Of a DNA stretch of 64,000 nucleotides, positions 12,500 through 21,160 are shown piece after piece (positions within the stretch are counted from its first letter, which is position 1; each line of letters begins with the position of its first letter). The stretch is from a virus, in the IMG/VR virus record IMGVR_UViG_3300046457_000175, positions 32,001 to 96,000 of that record; one strand, given 5' to 3'. Made by a program: the position numbers and the translations under genes. The notes below the pieces were generated by a model, which made no database searches, was not told the DNA's origin, and was given only the letters and a program-made list of their open reading frames with translations.

Positions 12500-13089
12500 T
12501 GGGTGTAAACCTCTTTGAAGGTGATGCCGTCTCCCGGGATGATGCCCAGGGTTCGCTTGAGACCGGTCGAGATGAAGCCGACCGTCCTCGTTCGGATGTC
12601 GTAAGCGACCTGCCGATCCCGGCTGCGCGGGGAGGTGGGCAGGTAAATTTTGTGAACCAGTTCGGAGTCACCGCCGCGTGCGAGTGCGACTGCTGCCTTG
12701 GTCAGCCGATCTGGAATGCGAGCGCTCACGCAAAACCGCATCCACGCCAGGACACCGAGAGCGCGATCGACGTCATCCCGTTGGGGCATGACCTTGGTGT
12801 TGCCGTCGAATGGCTTCATGGCGCTGAGCAGGCGGATCTTCTCGATCACAACCAGCTCGGCGCGGGTCATGCCGACCATGTTCCAGCCGCCGGATCTATG
12901 ACCGGACGTGAGCCAGCGGCGCTCCTGGTCAGGTGTCTTTTCGATGACCTCGACGGCCTCGACGAGCAGCTGCCAGATAACATCTGAGTGGCGGGCCTGA
13001 TTGCCTCGGAGGGCCACGGCCAGCTCGCCACCATGGGCGAGCCAGCCGAGAGCCTTCGTACGGTCCTCAAGCGGTGACGAGATTGTCAT
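12496..13089 (-). CDS. hypothetical protein (DUF6362-like)
   Basis: LVEAVEVIEKTPD..., DVDRALGVLAWM. Confidence 0.5.
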   Translation of the reverse strand: MTISSPLEDRTKALGWLAHGGELAVALRGNQARHSDVIWQLLVEAVEVIEKTPDQERRWLTSGHRSGGWNMVGMTRAELVVIEKIRLLSAMKPFDGNTKVMPQRDDVDRALGVLAWMRFCVSARIPDRLTKAAVALARGGDSELVHKIYLPTSPRSRDRQVAYDIRTRTVGFISTGLKRTLGIIPGDGITFKEVYTQ

Positions 13090-13417
13090 TCCGGATACCT
13101 GAGACCGTGGGTTGGCCGCCGGAGATCCGGCGACGGGTTGCGCGGTATTCGAAGAGGTTCTCGCCGATACGGAGCTGCGTCAGGTGAAGCAGTCCGTGCT
13201 TGGTGTCCTGAAGGACACGGCTGGCGACGAAGTTAAGCGCTTCGATGCGAGAGCGCTCGGACGACCGGAGCACGTCATCGACCGGCACTTTGATCTGGCG
13301 GTCGTACTGGAGGTCACCCTGCCAGTAGACCAGGACGTCGCCATTGGCGGCATCCTTGATCCAGTCGTAGTACTCAGCGATAGCGCCCGGGCCGATCTCC
13401 AGGACGGTTCTTGCCAT
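13067..13417 (-). CDS. hypothetical protein
   Basis: ATG 13417 immediately after the upstream stop. Confidence 0.65.
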   Translation of the reverse strand: MARTVLEIGPGAIAEYYDWIKDAANGDVLVYWQGDLQYDRQIKVPVDDVLRSSERSRIEALNFVASRVLQDTKHGLLHLTQLRIGENLFEYRATRRRISGGQPTVSGIRNDNLVTA

Positions 13418-13418
13418 A

Positions 13419-13871
13419 TTAGGCCACCAGATCCTGCAGAAGCTTCGCATGGATCTCAACGACGGTCGTGAGACCCTCGATGATGCGACCGAGTTGAGCG
13501 ACAGCCTCGACCTTGTCTTCCATGGGCAGCTCGTCGGACAGTTCGAAATCCGGATCGAACACGACCTCGAAGTCGTCGTCGTTGTCGTCCTCGTCCTCTT
13601 CGTCCGGATCATTCTCGTCACCGCCGTCGCTGGCGAGGTCGAGACCGAAGACGGCGTTCACGAGGGCGTCGAGGGAGTTGTACTCGCCGAGCGCCTTGGA
13701 GAACTCGTCCTGCGGACCGAGGCAGATGCCGGGCGGGCAGTCGCAGAGCGCAGCCGGCGGCTCGCCGATGGAGCCCAGTACAGTCAGCATGGCGATCAGG
13801 TCGATCGGCAGCCCGGTCTGCATCAGGGCCTCGCCGATCTCGCGATCGTCCAGGGAAACTTTGGATGTCAT
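13419..13871 (-). CDS. highly acidic hypothetical protein
   Basis: D/E-rich tract; GGAG RBS after a TTGC box. Confidence 0.7.
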   Translation of the reverse strand: MTSKVSLDDREIGEALMQTGLPIDLIAMLTVLGSIGEPPAALCDCPPGICLGPQDEFSKALGEYNSLDALVNAVFGLDLASDGGDENDPDEEDEDDNDDDFEVVFDPDFELSDELPMEDKVEAVAQLGRIIEGLTTVVEIHAKLLQDLVA

Positions 13872-14024
13872 TCTAGCTCCGTTTGCAATCGTGCAAATGA
13901 TAAGATGTGAAAAGGGGCGCCCCAGCACGCACAACCAATGGAGCGCCCCTCGATTTCCCCGCTCAACGGGGAAGCTCAGATAAACTCACCGCACCTCATG
14001 CGGGTGAGGACGTCAGTCGGACGA

Positions 14025-14681
14025 TCAAAACGGAATGTCGTCATCCATGTCGTTGTTGCGACCGCCGCCGTTGTTGGCGTTGCCGCCGCGGCTGCTGCCA
14101 CGGTCATTGCCACCACGGTCATCGCGATCGTCACGGCCACGGTTGCCACCACGGCTTGCGCCACGATCATCGCCGCCGCGGTCGTCGTCGCGAGAGTTTC
14201 CACGGCTCGACGAGCTACGGCTTCCGCGGTCATCGTTGCCACCGCGATCGTCACGGTCGCGGCTGTTGCCGCTGCTGCGGGAGCTGCCACGGCTATCGCT
14301 GCCACGGTCGTTCTTGTTGTCGTTGTCGAACGACAGCTTCATCAGCGCATCGATCGGAGCGAAGGCGGGGATGACGATCTCGGTCGAGTAGCGATCGACG
14401 CCGTCCTTGTCTTCCCACTTGCGGGTCTGGATCTTGCCTTCCAGACGGACCAAGTCGCCCTTATGGACGTAGTCCTCGACGAACTTGATCGTGTTCTCGT
14501 TCCAGACGACGATATTGTGCCACTCGGTCTTCTCCTGCTTCTCGCCGGAGCGCTTGTCCTTCCAGGTCTCACTGGTAGCGACGCTGAAGTTCGCGACCTT
14601 GGAACCGTTGGACAGGGATTTCACTTCGGGGTCTTTACCGAGCCGCCCGATCAGCTCAACTTTGTTCAGACTTGATGCCAT
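14025..14681 (-). CDS. ssb: single-stranded DNA-binding protein
   Basis: LNKVELIGRLGKDPE, KTEWHNIV, EGKIQTRKW, C-terminal MDDDIPF. Confidence 0.97.
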   Translation of the reverse strand: MASSLNKVELIGRLGKDPEVKSLSNGSKVANFSVATSETWKDKRSGEKQEKTEWHNIVVWNENTIKFVEDYVHKGDLVRLEGKIQTRKWEDKDGVDRYSTEIVIPAFAPIDALMKLSFDNDNKNDRGSDSRGSSRSSGNSRDRDDRGGNDDRGSRSSSSRGNSRDDDRGGDDRGASRGGNRGRDDRDDRGGNDRGSSRGGNANNGGGRNNDMDDDIPF

Positions 14682-14738
14682 TGGTCTCTCCTTCTGTGTT
14701 TGCATTAGCATTTCGTTTGCATTCAAGCAAGCGAAAAG

Positions 14739-16292
14739 TTACGTGAAAGGCGCAACAAATAGTCCGGTCCGCTCGTCGAAGGACAGGATCGAGATGCCGG
14801 TGTTGCCGGCGAGCCGCTTGAGGCGGACCTTTGCGATGTTGATCTCGCGATCGTTGGGGCTGTCTTCATTGCCGCCGTGAACCAGAATGCCGAGGTCGGC
14901 CTTGTTCGCCCAGTGCGCGGAGTCCGAGATGTTGTAGAGCCCCGGCTTCTGCCCAGCATCCAGCTTCGTCGGGTGAGCCACCACGATGACGCAGACACCA
15001 AACTGCTTCGCGAACCGCTTGAGCATCTTGATCGCCTTTCCAACGTACTCCGTCAGCGACATGTTGGCCGGACGGTTGTGCTCCAGCTCGTTCCAGGGGT
15101 CGACGACCATGCACTTCACGCCATCGCGGAACACCGCGACCATTGCCGTGTCGATCAGGAACTTGACGTCGATCTCAAAGTCTTTGCCTTCATCGTAGTC
15201 GATGAACTGGAAGTATCTCTGGACGAACGCCTCGGCTTTCTTCTTCTCCTCGAACGTCCATGTCTTGCGCTCCTTTTCCAGGAAGGCGGTCATCAGCTCG
15301 TGTGCGAGGAACGGCTTGACGTCCTTCTCACCCGAGAAGATGGCGATCGGCCACTTGTGCTTCTTCGCCAGCAGCACTGCGACCTGGTTGATCAGCGTCG
15401 ACTTGCCGACGTTGGGCGTGCCGGTGCAGACCACGAACTGGCCGGGGTAGAACTTCATCAGGCCGTCCAGCTCCGCGGACAGACCGATCTCGCACATAGC
15501 CGGCACTTCCAGCTCCGGATAGTCGGAGAGGCGGAACAGACCCTTGACCGGCCATGGCTTGGCCGCCTGGATCATATCCGTCACCGCCTTGGCGCCGAGA
15601 TATTGCCTGACCTCGTTGAGATCCTTGGGGGCTCTGAGTTTGTTCCTGTTCTTCTTGTCCGGAACGACCTCGTCCGTGGGGTACTCGACCCAGAAACACT
15701 TGGCCGCACCGAGACGTCTGACCAACTCCTTGGCCAGGCGCTGGCCTGGCTCGTCAGCGTCGGTGCAGATGATGTGGTGCTTGACCTCCATGATCTGGTG
15801 CATCAGCCGGCCCATGAACGCGAACTTGTCGTCGTCCTCGGGGTCGATATCGCTGTCGTCGTCGGGCACATCGATCAGCCGACCCTTGGCGTCGCGGGCT
15901 GGCGGCGCACCATCGGGGACCGAGACGATGGTCTCGTAGCTGCACTCCTTGCCGGCGAGCACGTCGAACTCGCCCTCGACCCAGATCAGCGACTCATCGC
16001 CCTGGCGAAGTGCGTCCATCAGTGCCGGGTGGAATAGCACTTCCGCATTGTACAGCGTCTTGACCGCGTCCTTGCGCTGCATGAAGCGGCGCTGTCCGTC
16101 CTGCGACCACCGGTATTTGGTGTTCACCTCGACGCCATGCTCGAAGTAGGGGAAGCAGAGGATGTTGCCACGCTCGTCAGCTTCGATTGACCCATCGTGC
16201 GAGCGACGCCCGCTGTAGAGCCCCATAGCCGCCGCCGTTTCGACGCTCAGGCCGCGGTCCTCGATCCCCCGTGCGTGCTTCTCGTTTAGCAT
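14739..16292 (-). CDS. TOPRIM primase / SF4 helicase (T7 gp4/Twinkle-like) lacking the N-terminal Zn domain
   Basis: WVEGEFD, DADEPG TOPRIM motifs; TGTPNVGKS Walker A; VVDPWN; VAHPTK. Confidence 0.9.
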   Translation of the reverse strand: MLNEKHARGIEDRGLSVETAAAMGLYSGRRSHDGSIEADERGNILCFPYFEHGVEVNTKYRWSQDGQRRFMQRKDAVKTLYNAEVLFHPALMDALRQGDESLIWVEGEFDVLAGKECSYETIVSVPDGAPPARDAKGRLIDVPDDDSDIDPEDDDKFAFMGRLMHQIMEVKHHIICTDADEPGQRLAKELVRRLGAAKCFWVEYPTDEVVPDKKNRNKLRAPKDLNEVRQYLGAKAVTDMIQAAKPWPVKGLFRLSDYPELEVPAMCEIGLSAELDGLMKFYPGQFVVCTGTPNVGKSTLINQVAVLLAKKHKWPIAIFSGEKDVKPFLAHELMTAFLEKERKTWTFEEKKKAEAFVQRYFQFIDYDEGKDFEIDVKFLIDTAMVAVFRDGVKCMVVDPWNELEHNRPANMSLTEYVGKAIKMLKRFAKQFGVCVIVVAHPTKLDAGQKPGLYNISDSAHWANKADLGILVHGGNEDSPNDREINIAKVRLKRLAGNTGISILSFDERTGLFVAPFT

Positions 16293-16497
16293 TCTCTGAT
16301 CCAACCCATCCACAGTTCTTGCAATTCCAGACGACCCCGCTGACATCGATCTTCACCGATAGGCAGCGGATTTTCTTGTGAGCGCCCTTCCGCTTGTGCG
16401 AACACTGCGGACAGGTCGAATACTGATTTCCGAATTTGATGGACCGCAGCTTGATCCCCTCTTCGGACAGGACCTTCTCGATATCCACACTGGCCAT
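16177..16497 (-). CDS. stand-alone primase Zn-binding domain
   Basis: TCPQCSHKR...CLSVKI...WNCKNCGW; 3' part overlaps the primase start in another frame. Confidence 0.75.
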   Translation of the reverse strand: MASVDIEKVLSEEGIKLRSIKFGNQYSTCPQCSHKRKGAHKKIRCLSVKIDVSGVVWNCKNCGWVGSENAKREARTGDRGPRPERRNGGGYGALQRASLARWVNRS

Positions 16498-16498
16498 G

Positions 16499-17326
16499 TC
16501 AGATCGCCACCTTCATCTTTCCCGGCATGCCTCGGGGCTTGATCGGCGCCTCCTCGGTCTCCCACCTGGCGTTGTTGATCCAGACGCTGGCTGCCGCGAT
16601 GAACTTGACGTTCCTCGGATCAGCCTTCACGTCGGCGTTCATGCGCTCGGCGTAGAAGCCAAGACCTTTCAGGATGTCCTCGAACTCGACCTCGTCGTCG
16701 CGCTCCAGCTTCTCCAGCTTGGTGTAGGCTGCCTTGCGGCTGTCACCCGGCTTCTTCGGATAGAGGGCCCAGAACTGCTTCCGGTAATCATCCGGCCAAG
16801 CCTTCGTCTTGCGGGGCTTGCTGGTTCTAGCTTTCGGTTCAGGTGATGGTTTTAAGTGATGGTTTAAGGTGTCATCCTGGTTGACACCCCTATGTCGCTT
16901 CGGTTGACGCCCGGTGTCGTCCAGGGTCTCACCAGCGTCGTCCTGGTTGCCACCCCTGTCATCCTGGTTGACACCCCCCGTGTCATCCTCGTTGACACCC
17001 TCTTCCTCGGCCGGGACCGGGCCGTCGTAGAGGTTGAGGACGTCCATGTGGATCGTGTACTCGGATGACCGGGTGCTGCCGTCAGGACGGACGCGAGCCT
17101 CGGCGGTGAGGATGCCGATCTCTTCCATCAGCTTGAGGTTCTTGTTCACGCAAGCCCTGCTCAAGCCGGTGATCCGGGCAATGGTGTTCTGGCGCGGATA
17201 GGCGCTGTCCTCGTCGCCGGCAAAATTGGCCAGGATCGTTAGGATGTGCCGCATGGTGGGGGTGACCCGCTTCGGACTGACGTCGACGAAGGACTCGATC
17301 ACCCAGTTGATCGCTCTGATGCTCAT
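16499..17326 (-). CDS. replication initiator with N-terminal winged HTH (lambda O-like)
   Basis: MSIRAINW...LANFA...AYPRQNTIARITGLSR; internal iterons; C-terminal FWALYPKK. Confidence 0.85.
   Translation of the reverse strand: MSIRAINWVIESFVDVSPKRVTPTMRHILTILANFAGDEDSAYPRQNTIARITGLSRACVNKNLKLMEEIGILTAEARVRPDGSTRSSEYTIHMDVLNLYDGPVPAEEEGVNEDDTGGVNQDDRGGNQDDAGETLDDTGRQPKRHRGVNQDDTLNHHLKPSPEPKARTSKPRKTKAWPDDYRKQFWALYPKKPGDSRKAAYTKLEKLERDDEVEFEDILKGLGFYAERMNADVKADPRNVKFIAAASVWINNARWETEEAPIKPRGMPGKMKVAI
16836..16998. repeat. iteron array / probable replication origin inside the initiator gene
   Basis: five copies (3 near-perfect) of GTGTCA-TCCTGGT-TGACAC at 16869, 16914, 16935, 16956, 16980, plus adjacent AACCATCAC repeats on the - strand. 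Confidence 0.8.
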
Positions 17327-17353
17327 GATGTTCCGTTGAATTTGCCCGCCGGT

Positions 17354-17393
17354 TTGACACCGTCGCGCGGCCGGTGTATTTGCACGAATGCAA
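17354..17393 (+). promoter_or_regulatory. putative sigma70 promoter overlapped by a TTGC-N6-GCAA box
   Basis: TTGACA-17bp-TATTTG; TTGCACGAATGCAA at 17380-17393. Confidence 0.45.
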
Positions 17394-17452
17394 ACTAAAA
17401 TGCAAGCCACGAGATGTGGTTGCTGCGACTTTCGAGTCACACCAGGGAACTC

Positions 17453-18064
17453 ATGAGCAAAATCCTCGTCGCCGGCCTCGATCCGGCTTTCGCCGCCTTT
17501 GGCATCAGCAGATTCTGGCTCGACCTGAACACCCTGGAGTTCACGTTCGACCGGTTCCGGACCATCTGGACCGAGAAACTGGCCGGCAAGAAGAAGGTTG
17601 TGCGCCAGAACTCCGACGACCTGCGCCGGGCCACTGAGCTGCATGACGCGCTCCACGAGGAGCTGGAAGGCTGCATGGTAGCCTTCGGTGAGATCCCGTC
17701 AGGATCCCAGCGCGCCCGGGCCGCCTTTGCTTTCGGCGCCGCGGTTGGCATCCTCGCATCGGTCAAGATCCCGTTGATCCAGGTTATGCCCCTGGAGACG
17801 AAGCTGGCGTCCGTGGGGAGCAAGACGGCCGAGAAGCCAGAGATCATCGCCTGGGCCGCCGAGCGCTTCCCTGAGGCTCCCTGGCAGCGCTACGAGGCCG
17901 ATACGAAGAACAAGAAGGGCGAGATCATCAACCGGGCAGGGGGTTTGCACGTTGACAATGAGCACGTCGCGGACGCCTGCGCGGTGCCGTACGCCGGCAT
18001 TCGAACTCCCGAGTTCAAGTCACTGCTTGCACTCTGGAAGGCGACCCAAATAAATCATCGTTGA
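17453..18064 (+). CDS. RuvC-like Holliday junction resolvase
   Basis: ILVAGLDP, GEIPSGSQ, PLETK, HVADAC RNase H-fold motifs. Confidence 0.8.
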   Translation: MSKILVAGLDPAFAAFGISRFWLDLNTLEFTFDRFRTIWTEKLAGKKKVVRQNSDDLRRATELHDALHEELEGCMVAFGEIPSGSQRARAAFAFGAAVGILASVKIPLIQVMPLETKLASVGSKTAEKPEIIAWAAERFPEAPWQRYEADTKNKKGEIINRAGGLHVDNEHVADACAVPYAGIRTPEFKSLLALWKATQINHR

Positions 18065-18340
18065 TATAGAGGGGCCCAGCGCCCCTCGTAAGCCATTGTT
18101 TCTGCTTCATTTCGCGATACTTCCGGGACGAAACCGGAACAAAAAAACATTTGCAATCACGCGAAACCTATCGTATTTGCCGTTGTTAGCATCCACGCAA
18201 ACGGATGGACATGGGCAACGATGACTGCAAACACTTTACCCCTTTTCAGAATTTGCTGACTGTTCAGTATTGCACACAAGGGCCCCGCCTGGGGCTCACT
18301 AAGAACTTGTTATGCGAACCATGATAATGGAGGATCGCAA

Positions 18341-19054
18341 ATGGCATTGGCAGCGAGTCAAATGAAGAAGCAGACCCCGAAGGAGATCGTGATCGAATGG
18401 ATCGATCACATCCTCGATCGAAAGAAGTGGACTGGAACCGACCTCGCGCGGCACGCCGAGCTGGCTCCGTCAACGATTCTGCGTCTCCTCAACAACCCGA
18501 AGCATCCCTTCATCCCTACAGTCTCTACCCTGCGGAAGATCGCCGATGGCTCGGGTTACCCGATCCCGAAGAAGGTGATGGCCGCGCTCGGAGCTGAGGG
18601 TGAGATGGCGTCGTCCGCTGAGATGGAGCCCGATAACGTTCGTCGCCTCCACGTTCGTACGGCTCGGTCCGCCACGGTCGAGCTGCGCCATGTGTCGTCG
18701 CTGCCGGCCGCTCTGCAGTCCGCGGCGAACCCGCAGCGTGAGGGCTACGTGCCGGCTCCGCCCCAGCTTGAGGGGGACGAGACTGCCTTCGCCTTCCACA
18801 TGCCCGACAACTCGTTCGGCATGTGGTTCAAGACCGGCGGCCTGATGTACGCGACCAAGCGGCGCGATCCTCTGCCTGGCGACATGGTGATGGTCACGGA
18901 CAAGAACGGGAAGACCCGGGTTCGTCTGCTGATGGATATCACAGAGAACGGCCTGAAACTGACGAAGTCGATGCCGGAGAAGGAAGACGAAATCCTGACC
19001 TTTGACCAGGTCGCCGAGATCGCCATCGTCATCGTGACGGTTCGGCAGATATAA
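18341..19054 (+). CDS. XRE-HTH / S24-like domain transcriptional regulator
   Basis: N-terminal HTH (TDLARHAELAPSTILRLL); C-terminal S24-like fold (DNSFG...PGDMVMV...RVRLL). Confidence 0.8.
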   Translation: MALAASQMKKQTPKEIVIEWIDHILDRKKWTGTDLARHAELAPSTILRLLNNPKHPFIPTVSTLRKIADGSGYPIPKKVMAALGAEGEMASSAEMEPDNVRRLHVRTARSATVELRHVSSLPAALQSAANPQREGYVPAPPQLEGDETAFAFHMPDNSFGMWFKTGGLMYATKRRDPLPGDMVMVTDKNGKTRVRLLMDITENGLKLTKSMPEKEDEILTFDQVAEIAIVIVTVRQI

Positions 19055-19078
19055 TCGGGGGTCGCCTGTCGGCGGCCC

Positions 19079-19456
19079 TCACACCTCGAACAACTTCTCG
19101 ACCCGCTTTAGCATCATCCGGATCGTCTGCGGTGGCGATGTCATAACATCGACATTGAAGTCTTCTTCCAGCTGAGTGAGCTGCTTCAGCCATTCTTCAG
19201 CTTCCCGAACAGCGGGGAGATCGACCTGCGGCTCCCACCGCAGCCTCTGGATCTCAAGCGCTGTCTTCTGGATTTCGAAGTCCAGATAGTCGAGAAACTC
19301 TCGCAGCTGAACAGTCAGTCGTTCAACCGCCGGCTCTATCACCATCAAGGACTCGCAGATGTCCGACATGATGCCAGGAAGGCGATCCTTGAACTTTGGG
19401 TTAATTGGACGCGGCACCGTTTCCGGCATCGCCGCAACACTGTTCTTCATCGTCAT
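19079..19456 (-). CDS. hypothetical protein
   Basis: 125 aa, coupled to the HTH gene. Confidence 0.65.
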   Translation of the reverse strand: MTMKNSVAAMPETVPRPINPKFKDRLPGIMSDICESLMVIEPAVERLTVQLREFLDYLDFEIQKTALEIQRLRWEPQVDLPAVREAEEWLKQLTQLEEDFNVDVMTSPPQTIRMMLKRVEKLFEV

Positions 19457-19758
19457 GCGTCCACCTTATTACGCAGTTTTTTGCGACGCTCCCGGCCCTC
19501 GACAGCATTGAGGTCAGACTTCGTCGGCTTGAACGGCTGCAATCCTCGATCGATTGCCGACAGCGCGAGCGCCGTGGCTTTCGTTACGCCACGTTGCTCG
19601 TACATGCCGACCGCCTGAGTCGTCAGACCAAGCCAGTCAGCCAGGTCTGATTGCGTGAGACTTCGCGAAATCCGGAACGCTTTTACTTCCTCGCCAGTGA
19701 GGTACTTCTTCGATGCGTTGCGACTGAGCGCCATTGCTGACCTCTTCCTAAAAGGCAC
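19453..19758 (-). CDS. Cro/XRE-type HTH protein
   Basis: VKAFRISRSLTQSDLADWLGLTTQAVGMYE. Confidence 0.8.
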   Translation of the reverse strand: MPFRKRSAMALSRNASKKYLTGEEVKAFRISRSLTQSDLADWLGLTTQAVGMYEQRGVTKATALALSAIDRGLQPFKPTKSDLNAVEGRERRKKLRNKVDA

Positions 19759-19793
19759 GACAAAATTGCATTCCTACCGGACAGGCCGGGTAC

Positions 19794-20081
19794 TCACTCC
19801 ACACACACTGGCAGCGGCCGAATGCCTACTCCGCAGGCGGGACACCATCTCCTGGCGCTTCCCCTGTTTTTCAGCTTTCGTTCGAAGGTTCTCGACGCTC
19901 CCGGGAAAAATGTGGCGACATGCACGCGGCTGCCAGCTGCTACAGCAGCCTTTACCAGCGGCGAGCCGCGCCCCGCGAGATGCTGCTGAAGTCTTCGTTC
20001 AGGCGTTTCATCCTCGCAGAATCCGATGTAGTGTCCAGCATGCTGATAGCTGGGATCGAAGTGCAGTAGATAGACACTCAT
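19794..20081 (-). CDS. small GIY-YIG nuclease
   Basis: VYLLHF...HYIG...RRLQQH...FERKLKN...CPAC. Confidence 0.75.
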   Translation of the reverse strand: MSVYLLHFDPSYQHAGHYIGFCEDETPERRLQQHLAGRGSPLVKAAVAAGSRVHVATFFPGASRTFERKLKNRGSARRWCPACGVGIRPLPVCVE

Positions 20082-20284
20082 TTGCTTTCTCGCAACGTCG
20101 GCGTGGGCAGTGTCTCTGCCTTTGGCGCAGGCCTGATCCGCGCCAGATGCTTCAATTTCCACTGATCGCGAACAATTAGGACCAGTTCGGACCGAGGTGC
20201 TGGCTCAGATACCGCTCGCCACCGCGGGCCAGGACTTGTGAGCGCCCAGACGACGTACAGCGCGGGCATCGGCTTCGGCTTCAT
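20078..20284 (-). CDS. hypothetical protein
   Basis: AAGGAGG RBS, coupled. Confidence 0.55.
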   Translation of the reverse strand: MKPKPMPALYVVWALTSPGPRWRAVSEPAPRSELVLIVRDQWKLKHLARIRPAPKAETLPTPTLRESK

Positions 20285-20577
20285 GTTGCCTCCTTTATTT
20301 TGATGAAGTTGGTGATTGGGCCGTCGCCCTCGTCGAACACATTGACGATGCCGCGACCCTCCAACTCGTTGATGGGAATCCACATCGTGAAGGTGAGGCC
20401 CTGAGGCGGGGCTACGTGCTCGATGCACTCGATGAGTCCGTCAGCACCGGGGAGGGTGGTCTGCTCGTTGTCATCGTGATCGGCGCCTGTGCAGGCACCG
20501 AGCATCGTCACACGCTGGCCGACCTTGAAGCCCTCGGCTTCCGGCAGACCATGGCGGTGGTCGAGCTGCCTATCCAT
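20281..20577 (-). CDS. hypothetical protein
   Basis: coupled ORF. Confidence 0.55.
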   Translation of the reverse strand: MDRQLDHRHGLPEAEGFKVGQRVTMLGACTGADHDDNEQTTLPGADGLIECIEHVAPPQGLTFTMWIPINELEGRGIVNVFDEGDGPITNFIKIKEAT

Positions 20578-20953
20578 AGACGATGTCCCCGAGCACGCAG
20601 GCCTGGAGGAAGACGTCTGCTGTCTCGGCGTCGCCGGTCTCCTTGACGATCTCCTCGATGCGATCGAGGTGATTGTCGGCGAGCCACTGCAAGCCCTTCT
20701 GCAGAGACTCCGGCGTGAAGAAGAGCTTCGTGCCGTCCTCTGCATCAGCGACCTCGATCCTGAAGTCGCCAGCCCAGATCGTCTCGTCGTCGTACCAGGG
20801 GCTGACCTTGGTCTTGATCTTCCTTCCGTCCGCTGGCTTGAAGCTACCGCACCAGTAGCCGGAGCCGCCCTCGATCGCCGTCACGATCTGGTCGGTGATC
20901 TTGCGCCAGGTGAGCCCGTTGATGGTCAGCGGGATTGTCGTTGTGTCAGTCAT
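20570..20953 (-). CDS. hypothetical phage protein
   Basis: GSGYW...DAETADVFLQACVLGDIVYG; GAGG RBS. Confidence 0.7.
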   Translation of the reverse strand: MTDTTTIPLTINGLTWRKITDQIVTAIEGGSGYWCGSFKPADGRKIKTKVSPWYDDETIWAGDFRIEVADAEDGTKLFFTPESLQKGLQWLADNHLDRIEEIVKETGDAETADVFLQACVLGDIVYG

Positions 20954-20962
20954 GTGTACCTC

Positions 20963-21160
20963 TCAGGCGAAGTCGAGTTCGCCGTATCCATCTTCTGTGA
21001 AACGGTTGGATCGTCGGTGCTCCCCGGATCGTCGGGGCGAAGATCTCCGCTCACCTCTGCTGGTGGTGATGACCTCGGAGACACTCGCCTCGTCGAACTC
21101 CTCGTCGAGGAGCGTGACGGTGTCCCAGCTGAAGTCGCCTGGGCGTCGGGGGTTTTTCAT
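20963..21160 (-). CDS. hypothetical protein
   Basis: AAGGAGG RBS, ATGA coupling. Confidence 0.5.
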   Translation of the reverse strand: MKNPRRPGDFSWDTVTLLDEEFDEASVSEVITTSRGERRSSPRRSGEHRRSNRFTEDGYGELDFA

